Below are positions 29,668-39,812 of a DNA stretch of 64,000 bases, piece by piece; within the stretch, counting starts at the first letter, position 1, and every line of letters begins with the position of its first letter. A program made the position numbers and the translations under genes. Source of the DNA: Paraphysomonas bandaiensis (Eukaryota; Protista; Chrysophyceae); contig CBFFRP010000092.1 of assembly GCA_965644295.1 (NCBI GenBank), positions 1-64,000 on the forward strand, written 5' to 3'. Below the pieces are notes generated by a model. It did no database searches. It was not told the DNA's origin and saw only the letters and a program-made list of their open reading frames with translations.

Positions 29668-31776
29668 CTACAATGGTGTGAATATAATATGTCTCTGCGA
29701 AGGAATATTGGATATGCTAGGACCATACAACTGCTCATATTCAAACGAAGATGAGACCTCACTTGGTCCTTTAATTCCAATAGAAACATTTCGAAATCCA
29801 CAGGAATCTCCAATATCATTAGATACGATTATAACTTCGAAAGCTCCATGTGAGTGAATCAAGACTTCTACTGTCACTGCACACGTGGCAGTATATCCAT
29901 AATGCACTATGTTTTCAAAAACAATGGCAACGCTGTCTGAATTAACAGCACCATAGTATACATTTCCAGAATGTGAAGAAGACGGATCTAAATCTGTCCA
30001 CATGAAAGCAAGAGAACTATAGGGATAATTGTCAGCATCTGACAAATCTGATCCACCTCCACTGAATGGGTTCAAGAGCCATTGAGGGAAATATGTCTCA
30101 CAATTGGGACCGAAGTAGTTGTCATTACATATACACATTCCAAACGCACACTCACCATTTCCTGAACAACCTTCTTCGCATTCACCACGTGGGTCACAGA
30201 GTGCATCTGAAATAGATGTCACTGTTGGAGTCGGGCTTTGCAGGATAAGGTTCACCGTTTTACCAGGTGGGGAGTAAATCGCCCCTGCCCTAGCAGAGCA
30301 TTGAATGGCTCGCATTATGTCATCAACCGAGGCAGGATTTGACTCATGGTATGTTTGAGAGAGCCACAAAGCTGCCACTCCTGCTACATGAGGAGTGGCC
30401 ATGGAGGTGCCTGACATGACGGAATACGTATCTGGCACCTCACACGATTGGGAGGCACATGCACTGGTGATGCTACTCCCGGGGGCGAATATATCCACAC
30501 AGGATCCAAATGAAGAAAACTCAGATATATCATCAGTGATAGTGGTCGATCCTACCGTAATGGCGGAAGGTGCAGATGCTGGGGTATATAAACATGCATC
30601 GTCAGCACTATTTCCCGCTGCCACCACCACATGGATGCCGTGTTCCGTTAATTCAGCCACTGCCAGATTCAGACTGTCTGTATCACAGGTAGATCCACAG
30701 TAGCCTCCTAATGACAAAGAAACAACCATAGGCGCTGTGTTACCAGAAAGACGAATACCAAGAATGTGATCAAGGCCTGCTGTGATACTGCTCGTGGATC
30801 CACTGCCCGACCCAGAGAGAACCTTGACACCATACAGATTTGAGAGCGGAGCGACTCCGACATTTTTTCCAGCAACGGTACCAGCACAATGCGTGCCGTG
30901 ACCATGGTCGTCCGTGTCATCACTTACTGATCCAAAGGCATTAAATATATTTTCCACTGTTCGTTCAGTATTAGAAAACTCGGTGTGTGAGGCATCTAAA
31001 CCTGTGTCCACCACATAAATATTCATCCCAGCGCCTAAGTTAGTTTCTTGAGCAGGCACATATGCATTTAAATCTAGAGGAAGATCCGACTGATCGATTC
31101 TATCTAATCCCCAAGAGTATGGTTTAGAGGACGTCTCCGACGAGGCCTTAGAGACCTCTTGCTTAGAGTCATCATTCGCACGACGTAAATAGTCGACGAT
31201 ATCAATCTTACGATCACGATGAACAGTAAATACGTTTTCGTGATCATTAAGATATTCCAGAGCTTCTTTAGAAGGTGCTCTGATAGTAAACATTCTGAGA
31301 TTGGAGTGAACGTGTGTTACACGTGCTAGAAACTTCGTATCATCTTCATCGTGTTTAGTGCGGACTTGTTGAACCAACGAGTCCAATTGAGTAGTCTTCG
31401 AACTGCGATGAAGAACAACCATATAATTCTCATCCTCATCTCTCAATTCATGATTCAAATTGTTATGTCGTTTCGAGATATCTCTCTTCTTATCTCTTAT
31501 ATGATGTGGTGAAGAGGGCTCATTATATGAGCTGAAGGACACCACACCATTACTAGATAAGTACGCATAACTCGTAGATGATCCAAAGAAAGGGAATGAA
31601 AAAGGTAAGTTTATGATAGAAACATCATCATCTTCCATAGTGATTGGTTGGAAATGACTGTAATCGCCATTAAATAAAGATGTAGTGGCATGATCACTGG
31701 TGATAGTGTATGAGTGCTGTGAGGCACTGATAGAGAGAGGGAAGGAGAGGAAGATGATGATGGTAGGATAGAACAT
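29668..31776 (-). CDS. Secreted subtilisin-like S8A peptidase (I9 prodomain, EGF, split NIDO-like domain)
   Basis: Signal peptide from M at 31776; SWGLDRIDQ, VVDTG, HGHGTHCAGT, AAGN, SGTSMATPHVAG; CSGNGEC..C.C...YFGPNC; the 3' end may have a short extra exon. Confidence 0.93.
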   Translation of the reverse strand: MFYPTIIIFLSFPLSISASQHSYTITSDHATTSLFNGDYSHFQPITMEDDDVSIINLPFSFPFFGSSTSYAYLSSNGVVSFSSYNEPSSPHHIRDKKRDISKRHNNLNHELRDEDENYMVVLHRSSKTTQLDSLVQQVRTKHDEDDTKFLARVTHVHSNLRMFTIRAPSKEALEYLNDHENVFTVHRDRKIDIVDYLRRANDDSKQEVSKASSETSSKPYSWGLDRIDQSDLPLDLNAYVPAQETNLGAGMNIYVVDTGLDASHTEFSNTERTVENIFNAFGSVSDDTDDHGHGTHCAGTVAGKNVGVAPLSNLYGVKVLSGSGSGSTSSITAGLDHILGIRLSGNTAPMVVSLSLGGYCGSTCDTDSLNLAVAELTEHGIHVVVAAGNSADDACLYTPASAPSAITVGSTTITDDISEFSSFGSCVDIFAPGSSITSACASQSCEVPDTYSVMSGTSMATPHVAGVAALWLSQTYHESNPASVDDIMRAIQCSARAGAIYSPPGKTVNLILQSPTPTVTSISDALCDPRGECEEGCSGNGECAFGMCICNDNYFGPNCETYFPQWLLNPFSGGGSDLSDADNYPYSSLAFMWTDLDPSSSHSGNVYYGAVNSDSVAIVFENIVHYGYTATCAVTVEVLIHSHGAFEVIIVSNDIGDSCGFRNVSIGIKGPSEVSSSFEYEQLYGPSISNIPSQRHIIFTPL

Positions 31777-31934
31777 GATGAGAGAGATGAAATTGTGATG
31801 AGATTCATGGTTTGTATGTGTTCGATCCAACTGATTTTATAGAACTGACTATTAACAACTGACAACATCCACAACTGAATATCCACACACTGTATCCATA
31901 TCCACATACGGTACCTACCTACTGTACATTGTCC

Positions 31935-32471
31935 ATACATACGTACATACATACATACGTGCATACATACATACGTGCATACATACATACGTGCATACAT
32001 ACATACATACATACATACATACATACATACATACATACATACATACATACATACATACATACATACATACATACATACATACATACATACATACATACGG
32101 TACCTACCTACTGTACAGTGTCCGTACATACATACATACATACATACATACACACATACATACATACATACATACATACATACATACATACATACATACA
32201 TACATACATACATACATACATACATACATACATACATACATACATACATACATACATACATACATACATACATACATACATACATACATACATACATACA
32301 TACATACATACATACATACATACATACATACATACATACATACATACATACATACATACATACATACATACATACATACATACATACATACATACATACA
32401 TACATACATACATACATACATACATACATACATACATACATACATACATACATACATACAGTACATACATA
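31935..32471. repeat. (CATA)n array with duplicated embedded motif tacggtacctacctactgtaca
   Basis: Direct inspection; motif at ~31906 and ~32096. Confidence 0.97.
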
Positions 32472-32836
32472 TCCTTTGGGGTTTTCTAACACAAAACTGT
32501 GGATTTAGCACAAAAACTATGTTTTGTACAAAACACCTGAGGTTTTATAACCAAAATCTTGGTTTTCTAATGGTGGATACTTTCGTTATGGTGGCCAGTG
32601 CACTCTGTACCATACCATCCATATATACAGTCATATACCGGTATACCGGTCGTATTCTGATTGTATATGTATGGATTTATATCCAATGAAAACGCTCCTA
32701 GAGACATGTATATGAAAGTACAGCTACTGCTACTGCTACTGCTGCTGTGCCTGCCTGTCTCCATAGAGCAACATCCATACAGATATATCCATATATATAT
32801 CCATGAGCTCCTATTAACACACACACACCACACACT

Positions 32837-35791
32837 ATGATACACACCCTTCTTCTCATTCATTTCTTTCTTTTATCATATGCTACTTATCTAACCCCCA
32901 ATACATTCACCGTAACTCATCTCCCAGAGCCTGGTTATATTGCTAGTATAGGTAATGCATTCATTGGCTATGATATGGGCTGTCCCTCGACTGATGAATC
33001 AAGTTCATCTGGTTATTTATTTACAGCTGGAACATACTCAGGAAATGGTACCACAACACCTTCACATAGAGCATTAATACCTCATAGACAAGCTGTATAT
33101 GTACATAACATTTCCAATGGAGGTATCCTATTGGCTAACATGACTTGGACGGCTATGTTAGATATACAGAGAGCTATATATGAAAACACTACTACTGTAG
33201 AAGATAATGGTGTTGTTTGTGTTATATCATTATCATGGATTGCTCATAGAATGTATAAAAATGCATCTGTTCTCCATATTAGTACTAATGGATCAGATGA
33301 TGGTTGTGTGTTTTATTTAGCATCATGCAATGGTGATAACTCGTCCGATGTAGACTTGGTTTTGTCCAAGAGTGAAGTAATGGATGGAGAAAATCTATCT
33401 GCTTCGGTATATCAAACTCTTCTTCCAGAAATTCCTGGTGGAAGTCTTGCTAATGTCACGCTTATTGGTAGCGTTTTCCCGACATCTTTTTCAGCCGGTT
33501 TTGAGTATACCTCGATACTGCAGGTGTCGTCATCTGTGTGGGGATATCAAGATGAGACGGACTTAGACTATGCGATGTATCAATATATGTCATACTGGGC
33601 AGACATTACGTGGGACTCGTTGTTGGAGTCTCATATATCGGCGTGGCAGGACATTTGGCGATCAGGAATTGAAATACAGGGAAATGATACCATTGCGGCT
33701 GCGGTTAATGCATCACTATATGCCATTCTATCTTCGGTGGATGCCGCGAGTACTTGGAGTGTGTCACCTGGAGGACTTCCAAAGAACTCTTACAATGGGC
33801 ATGTGTTTTGGGACTGTGAGACTTGGATGCTTCCAGCAATTGTGCCTTTCCACCCGAACATTGCAGAAAGTTTTGTCAAGTATCGAACACTGCGATCAGA
33901 AGCTGCCATGCATCGCGCACTAGAAAGAGGATATCAGGGTATGATGATGCCGTGGGAGTCCGCCTACACTGGCATTGATGTGACGCCTGATGGTAATATA
34001 GAGGGCGACTACGAAATACATGTCACAGCTGATATCCCTCTTTCCATGCGACTGGTTTATTACTGGACACAGAATGAGGCCTGGATTACCAATGATGAAG
34101 TGTGGAGTGTTATCGTAAACTGCTCTGAATATTTCGTTTCTCGAGTAACCTGTCTTTCTCCAACATCGGAAGGCGATGATTGTGACCTCTTCTCGTTGAT
34201 GCTGGTTCAACCCCCTGACGAGCGAGCGGGAATTGTTAACTCTTCCGTTTACACCAATGCCGCTGCAGCTGATCTTTTGTCCTGGGTTGGAGAAGACATG
34301 TCGTACTTGCTACCACAACATGATGGGGAACGGTACACTTCGGTAGCAGACCAAATGTATATTCCCGTGTCAAACAATCTCTACAGCGGTCCTGTACATC
34401 CTGAGTACGAAGGTTATGCGGGTGATCCTATTAATCAGGCCGATGCTGTTCTTCTTCAGTTCCCTCTACTTTTTGCAATGCCAGACCAATTGGCTTACAA
34501 TGATCTACGCTACTATGAAAATAAAACATCTGTACCCGGCGTAACGCGCGGATTTTACACTGGAGATTCCTCGTATTCAATCGCCTACCTCGCTTTGCTG
34601 AGAAAGGGGTTCACTAACACCTCCGGGGAAGACTTAAGGGTCATGGCAGACGATCAGTTTCAACAGGCATTTCTGCATATTGACATGAAATCATTTTTTG
34701 TCTGGCGCGAGAAAGTAGATGGTGGACATGTCAATTTTATCACTGGAGCAGGTGGATTTCTTCAAAACGTGATATACGGCTATGCAGGCCTTGAGGCTAA
34801 TGAGGACGGACTTTATCTCGATTATCCCATTCTACCTCCTGGGTCAGTAGAGATGGTAACTATGAGGGGACTGCGGTATGCAGGAGCCCTTATTGACTAC
34901 AGTTACGATGCAGGAGAAATGCTGTTGTCCATCGCAAATGGGCAACTTGATATATATGGATGCATGGACGGTGATTCCAGGCTGTCATGTACATTTTCTT
35001 TTATTGCAACGATATCATCCATGGACGGGGAGAGCTCAGTGACACTACCACTACAGTATATTCTTGTTACTGCACACTCGAAAAATGGGCATAGTAGTGA
35101 TGACGACATTGAAACTGTATCTTACCTTCCGTTATTTCTCTCATCTGCGGGGTGTATTTCCCTTGTTTTATGCACTATTTGCTTCCTGTTTCGGCCACCA
35201 TCACCTGCAACCTCATGGGGACTACTGTACACACCTCTTGCATTCATATGTAGATGTTGTATTGCCCTCATTGCTGCTGTGCTTCTGACGGGAGATAGCT
35301 ATGGCACACGAACATGTGGGGCACTTCTCTCAGTGCTGTTGTCTTTGGAGTGGTTATTGTCAATTGGTTTTGTTATTCACTCTTTAAGAGAGCTACTACG
35401 GAATGGAGGAAGCTCCCCAGACAAAGTGTGCGATATTTATGGTATCTGTTTGTGCATTATATGTGTTTTCTTTGATTCTCTGATTTCTCTTACCCTTGCG
35501 TTGCATTGGAAAACAAAACATGTAAGTCAGGTTTCGAAATCAGATGATCGCTCAGGCCTTGTCAGCAAGCGGTTGGATCGTCATCCACTACATGGCTTGT
35601 TGTATACTGTGCGCCTTCTTGTTCTTGTATGCACTGTTGTTACTGTTAGTGTTTATGCAACATATTCGCTCCGGTGGAGTACGCTGTTTGTAGTATGCGT
35701 ATGTTTTTGTCTGGTTGATTCGTTATTGCTGAGCGCACGGTTCATCTGGGGAGATTTAGTGCTGTCGCGGTGCATTTCTTCTACCAAGTGA
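32837..35791 (+). CDS. GH65 glycoside hydrolase (PGGHG/acid trehalase-like) with C-terminal multi-pass membrane region
   Basis: Signal peptide; SPGGL..SYNGHVFWDCETW; MPWESA; PPDE; INQADAVLL; NFITGAGGFLQ; several hydrophobic helices after ~aa 760. Confidence 0.88.
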   Translation: MIHTLLLIHFFLLSYATYLTPNTFTVTHLPEPGYIASIGNAFIGYDMGCPSTDESSSSGYLFTAGTYSGNGTTTPSHRALIPHRQAVYVHNISNGGILLANMTWTAMLDIQRAIYENTTTVEDNGVVCVISLSWIAHRMYKNASVLHISTNGSDDGCVFYLASCNGDNSSDVDLVLSKSEVMDGENLSASVYQTLLPEIPGGSLANVTLIGSVFPTSFSAGFEYTSILQVSSSVWGYQDETDLDYAMYQYMSYWADITWDSLLESHISAWQDIWRSGIEIQGNDTIAAAVNASLYAILSSVDAASTWSVSPGGLPKNSYNGHVFWDCETWMLPAIVPFHPNIAESFVKYRTLRSEAAMHRALERGYQGMMMPWESAYTGIDVTPDGNIEGDYEIHVTADIPLSMRLVYYWTQNEAWITNDEVWSVIVNCSEYFVSRVTCLSPTSEGDDCDLFSLMLVQPPDERAGIVNSSVYTNAAAADLLSWVGEDMSYLLPQHDGERYTSVADQMYIPVSNNLYSGPVHPEYEGYAGDPINQADAVLLQFPLLFAMPDQLAYNDLRYYENKTSVPGVTRGFYTGDSSYSIAYLALLRKGFTNTSGEDLRVMADDQFQQAFLHIDMKSFFVWREKVDGGHVNFITGAGGFLQNVIYGYAGLEANEDGLYLDYPILPPGSVEMVTMRGLRYAGALIDYSYDAGEMLLSIANGQLDIYGCMDGDSRLSCTFSFIATISSMDGESSVTLPLQYILVTAHSKNGHSSDDDIETVSYLPLFLSSAGCISLVLCTICFLFRPPSPATSWGLLYTPLAFICRCCIALIAAVLLTGDSYGTRTCGALLSVLLSLEWLLSIGFVIHSLRELLRNGGSSPDKVCDIYGICLCIICVFFDSLISLTLALHWKTKHVSQVSKSDDRSGLVSKRLDRHPLHGLLYTVRLLVLVCTVVTVSVYATYSLRWSTLFVVCVCFCLVDSLLLSARFIWGDLVLSRCISSTK

Positions 35792-36010
35792 ATGCTGGCT
35801 GTGTTTATAATATATTACATAGAATACAAATTGATGATGTGACTGTTCAAGGCATATCTTAATCATTTCGTGTTCTGAGAAACGCATTTCTTAGTCACGT
35901 AGTATGTTGTATCATATATTTTGATGTTGAGTATTTAGGGTTGTGTAAAGAGTTTGTATTTAGTCCACAAATAAATTTTATTGCATAACTCAAATTTGAA
36001 GAGTTCATTT

Positions 36011-36294
36011 TGCCCCATACTGACAGCGTAACTAATCACTGCGTGCGCCCCCCTAGTGGGTGCTGCTGAGTGCTGCGATTGCTCGCCTCTACCTATGTAC
36101 ACATTGCTCAGTTCAGCGGTTCCCCACTCGGGGTCTCACTATATATTCAGCGCTGAATACCATGTGATAATGATGTAGCTAGTTGGGTTCAGTAGGTAGC
36201 TAGCAAATAACATATGGGACTTAAATCAAGTATTAGTTAGGTACCCACCCGGCCCCCACCCGGCTCTACCTAAGTACGCGCTCAGAATGGGGCA
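36011..36294. mobile_element. Second TG...CA element copy (inverted relative to 10423)
   Basis: tgccccat...atggggca; exact 5-bp TSD cattt. Confidence 0.88.
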
Positions 36295-36868
36295 CATTTT
36301 GCAGTGATAAGTTCGAAATATATGCCGTACTTATTTGTTAGTGTGAGCAACGTTTGCTATGAAAGGTCAGACGTATAGACACGTTATTTCGTGCTTAACA
36401 TATTATATATATGTTCGTTGAAATATTATGAATGATACAGATAAACACTTTTGTACTGGTAGTTTTAAATTGCTCAAGTTATTAGTAAGTCATGTCGCAG
36501 TAATAGAGTTCAAGTTCTATTCTACAAGTCAAAATTAATTTCGTAAGACTAGGCAACTAGTAGTAGTGAATGTTTTTACTAGGAACAGACGTATGAGAGT
36601 CAGTGCATATTTCCTATCAATTTAACGCTACGAAAGCTGCTTCTGCTTCACCGTATGCACCAAGGTGCAACCACTCTCGCTCTATCACTCAAAGCAAACG
36701 CAGTGAGCAAGCAGAATATTGATATCTGCCCGACATCTGCTGACTTCAGGATTAGTCGTTAAGGTGAACAGCCGGGATGCTTGACGTCAGCAGGCAGCCC
36801 AATACCCCAGATTTCCTTGAGGTGGACCCATATTCGGATGCCTGTTTATTCGTAAAGGCCCAAAGACG

Positions 36869-37958
36869 CAGGGCCTGGTAACCATTAATAGTAATGCCAT
36901 TATAATTGCCGGTGCACATCATACACCCCCCGCATACGATGCTCTCACTCCCACAATAACAACACATGAGATTAGTGCAAGTTCATGTGCCTTTATGCAT
37001 AATATCTCATAACCTCTATTAGCCTTAACAAGAGGGAAGAGAGAGCATTCATATCCATCAGATGAGAATCACAGAGATAAGCACACAGCCAGAGGAAGGA
37101 GGGACAAGACTCCTCTCTGAACCCTCGGGGAGTAGTTTATTCGATCTGGAGAGGGGCCAAAAAGAAGCATATTCAGACTGCTTCGACCGCCTCTGTTCAC
37201 ACCAGCACAGAGCAGTGCACACACACAGCTGATATGACTGAGAATGAGATCTGTCATCAGATATCTGTCTATTCATGTATTTGTATTTTTTTTGGTGTGA
37301 GTTTGATGTCATCGGAGGTGTTATGTCGAGGTAACGGCTTTGTGTAGAATTTGACTACGCCTTATAATAAACGTTGAATACAGACGTAATATCATTCCTA
37401 TTTCAAGAGCCATTGTGGCAACCGCGTACGAAAGAACTGTGGTGGGGTGGATGGAGGTTGGTGTACCCGACAGAAATAACGAGGACGAGAGTGAAGGAAC
37501 TGAGTTTGCACAGCGTGTTCTGGACAGCGCCGAGGTCACCAAGAGAGCTCGACTTGGTACCTATGAGTCCAACTACCGCTGCTTGCTTCATATTGAAGCA
37601 CAATCTAATGTTGTTAAGAGGCTCTTTAGTCGTGCAAAGTTGATTATGACACCTGAGCGTAGAAACATGAATCCATATCGTCTAGAATCGTTGTTATTCC
37701 TACGAGCCAATTACATGTTGTGAGATGTTTAAACCCTCCATGAAGCCCTCCAAGAAGATCCTGATGTGTCAGTAGAGAGCGAGAAGTAGTTAAAATTTGT
37801 AGTCTGCTATTTAACACAGACAGCACTATCTATTATATGAGTGGTGCTATCTACTTTAAGTTAGTAGGTATTAATGGCCATTATAATTGCCGGGACATTT
37901 TTCATTAATGCCATTATAATTGCCGGGAACTGGACTACCATTAATGGTTTCCAGGCTG
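36869..37958 (+). mobile_element. Non-autonomous hAT element (family B)
   Basis: TIR cagggcctggtaaccattaat / attaatggtttccaggctg; TSD caaagacg/caaagaca; ORF QSNVVKRLFSRAKLIMTPERRNMNPYRLESLLFLRAN. Confidence 0.88.
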
Positions 37959-38619
37959 CAAAGACACTAATCTGCAAAATACACAAGTTACACTAATTAG
38001 TGTCCCTTGTACCACACAAGAATTTGGCTATGAGTGGGCAGTAGGCAGAACAATATCTGCAGACTATATATGTACTTATCACCCAGAGCACTTTCGCAGA
38101 TGGTGTGGTTATGAATTGCAGATGAATCCAAAAAGTAAACCATCGTTATAGCTTCACTATACACTTCTATTTCATGCAACATCCATATCAAAGTCATGCC
38201 GAAAAGGATAAATCCATTATTAATTAGCAAGCTTTTGGTATGTATTAGTTACTATCATATATCATTGCTATATATTGTGATTAGCTTAACAGTACTAATC
38301 CGGTCAATACGTATGGTTTAGTATTAATATGAATCCTATATTTAGCATTGCTCCCTAGTCCAGCTTTTTAAATCGGCCGAACAGTAAACATTGCAATAAC
38401 ACAATAAAGATATAGTTCCCTAACCCTGATTTGTGTATTATATCCCTGAATATGCAATTTGCCCCCAAGATTTCGATGAAAAAATACTTCATCATAAAAA
38501 ATGTTATTTTATTGAAAGCTATAACTTGATTCTTGCGCAACATCATATCGAGTATAATGCTGCAAGTGGAAACTAGCAGTAACGGAATGTCTGCATGCGC
38601 AGATCACACCACAAGGTAT

Positions 38620-39589
38620 CTACAATATTTTCTTCAAGAACTCTTCCATACCATCGCCATCTAAAAAACCTCCTTTCTCTTCCACTTTGTCATTCATGGA
38701 GAGTATCTTCTTCTCAAAGTGTCCAACAGGTGACGATAATCTGAACGTGCAGAGTAAGCTGAGAGCGCTCTCAAAGTTACTAGTAACATTATATATTTCG
38801 TGCACCATATCATTGATGCAGAGAATATTCTTGTCTCCTAGAGCCTTTTCAACTGTCAAGTTGTCAGATAGGATAGTACGCGCGCCACCAAACTCGGTAT
38901 AAGCTCTTCTGTGCATTAGCTCCGAGACGGAATGACGTGTAATATACCCGTAAGCCACGTACGCATCAAGAGGCTTCAATTTTGCTATTTTGAAGAGACT
39001 TTAAAACACCAATGAAAAATATGTAAAATATTACCTATATTTTCAGGGTTTAAGTTTATGAAGATACCATCATATTTTCTAATCAAACCCAAAGCACGAA
39101 GCTCAGCCTTGATCTCGGGAGAAGCGTGTCTCCCGGCATGGATCCTTACCGCAAACCCAACAGTACTCTTCAACGATGAGGGTGGAATAGCCACAGTTGT
39201 TCGTCTTTCAGTAGCTTTCTTACGACGAGTCATCTTATTCTTGGATCCTTCACGCTATTAACAACATATCATTACATATATGCATTAATATAACATCTAT
39301 TTACACATATACACACATAACACACACATACATTTAGATATACATATACTTACAATACGAAATTCTCGTACAAACTGTTCAGGTCGTTTAATTGTTACAT
39401 TTTCACCACGAACAACACGTCTACGCTATAAAAAAACATAATATTAAAAAGTATTTGTATGATAATACTATAAAATACTTTGACTTGTTTCTGTACTGTC
39501 TCAGCACGTCTATAAGCAAGTTCTTCTAAGGTACGCCTGCGTTTTAAAAGTGTTTCAGGGATAAGTGGTGGTTGAGATGGATCATGCAT
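38620..39589 (-). CDS. RLP7: uL30-family ribosome biogenesis protein RLP7/RPL7L1; exons 39589-39479, 39425-39354, 39254-39035, 38984-38620
   Basis: IPETLLKRR, KRPEQFVREFR, FAVRI, YVAYGY, LSDNLTVEKALG..ILCINDMVHEIY; divergent from canonical RPL7. Confidence 0.85.
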
Positions 39590-39812
39590 GATTAAATTAT
39601 TAATTGAGATATATATATATGAGTATTTAATAATCTTTGATTGGGTTATGTATATATATATGTATGTATAGGTATGTGTGGGTTGATTCACTTCTATTCC
39701 ATTCATTAGTCGCTCAGTGGTTGGTGGAGGAGCTGATGGTTGTACCAATCATAGAGAGCCATACATACACCAACCACTATAAAATTACTGTACGTATGTA
39801 TGTGTACTGCTA

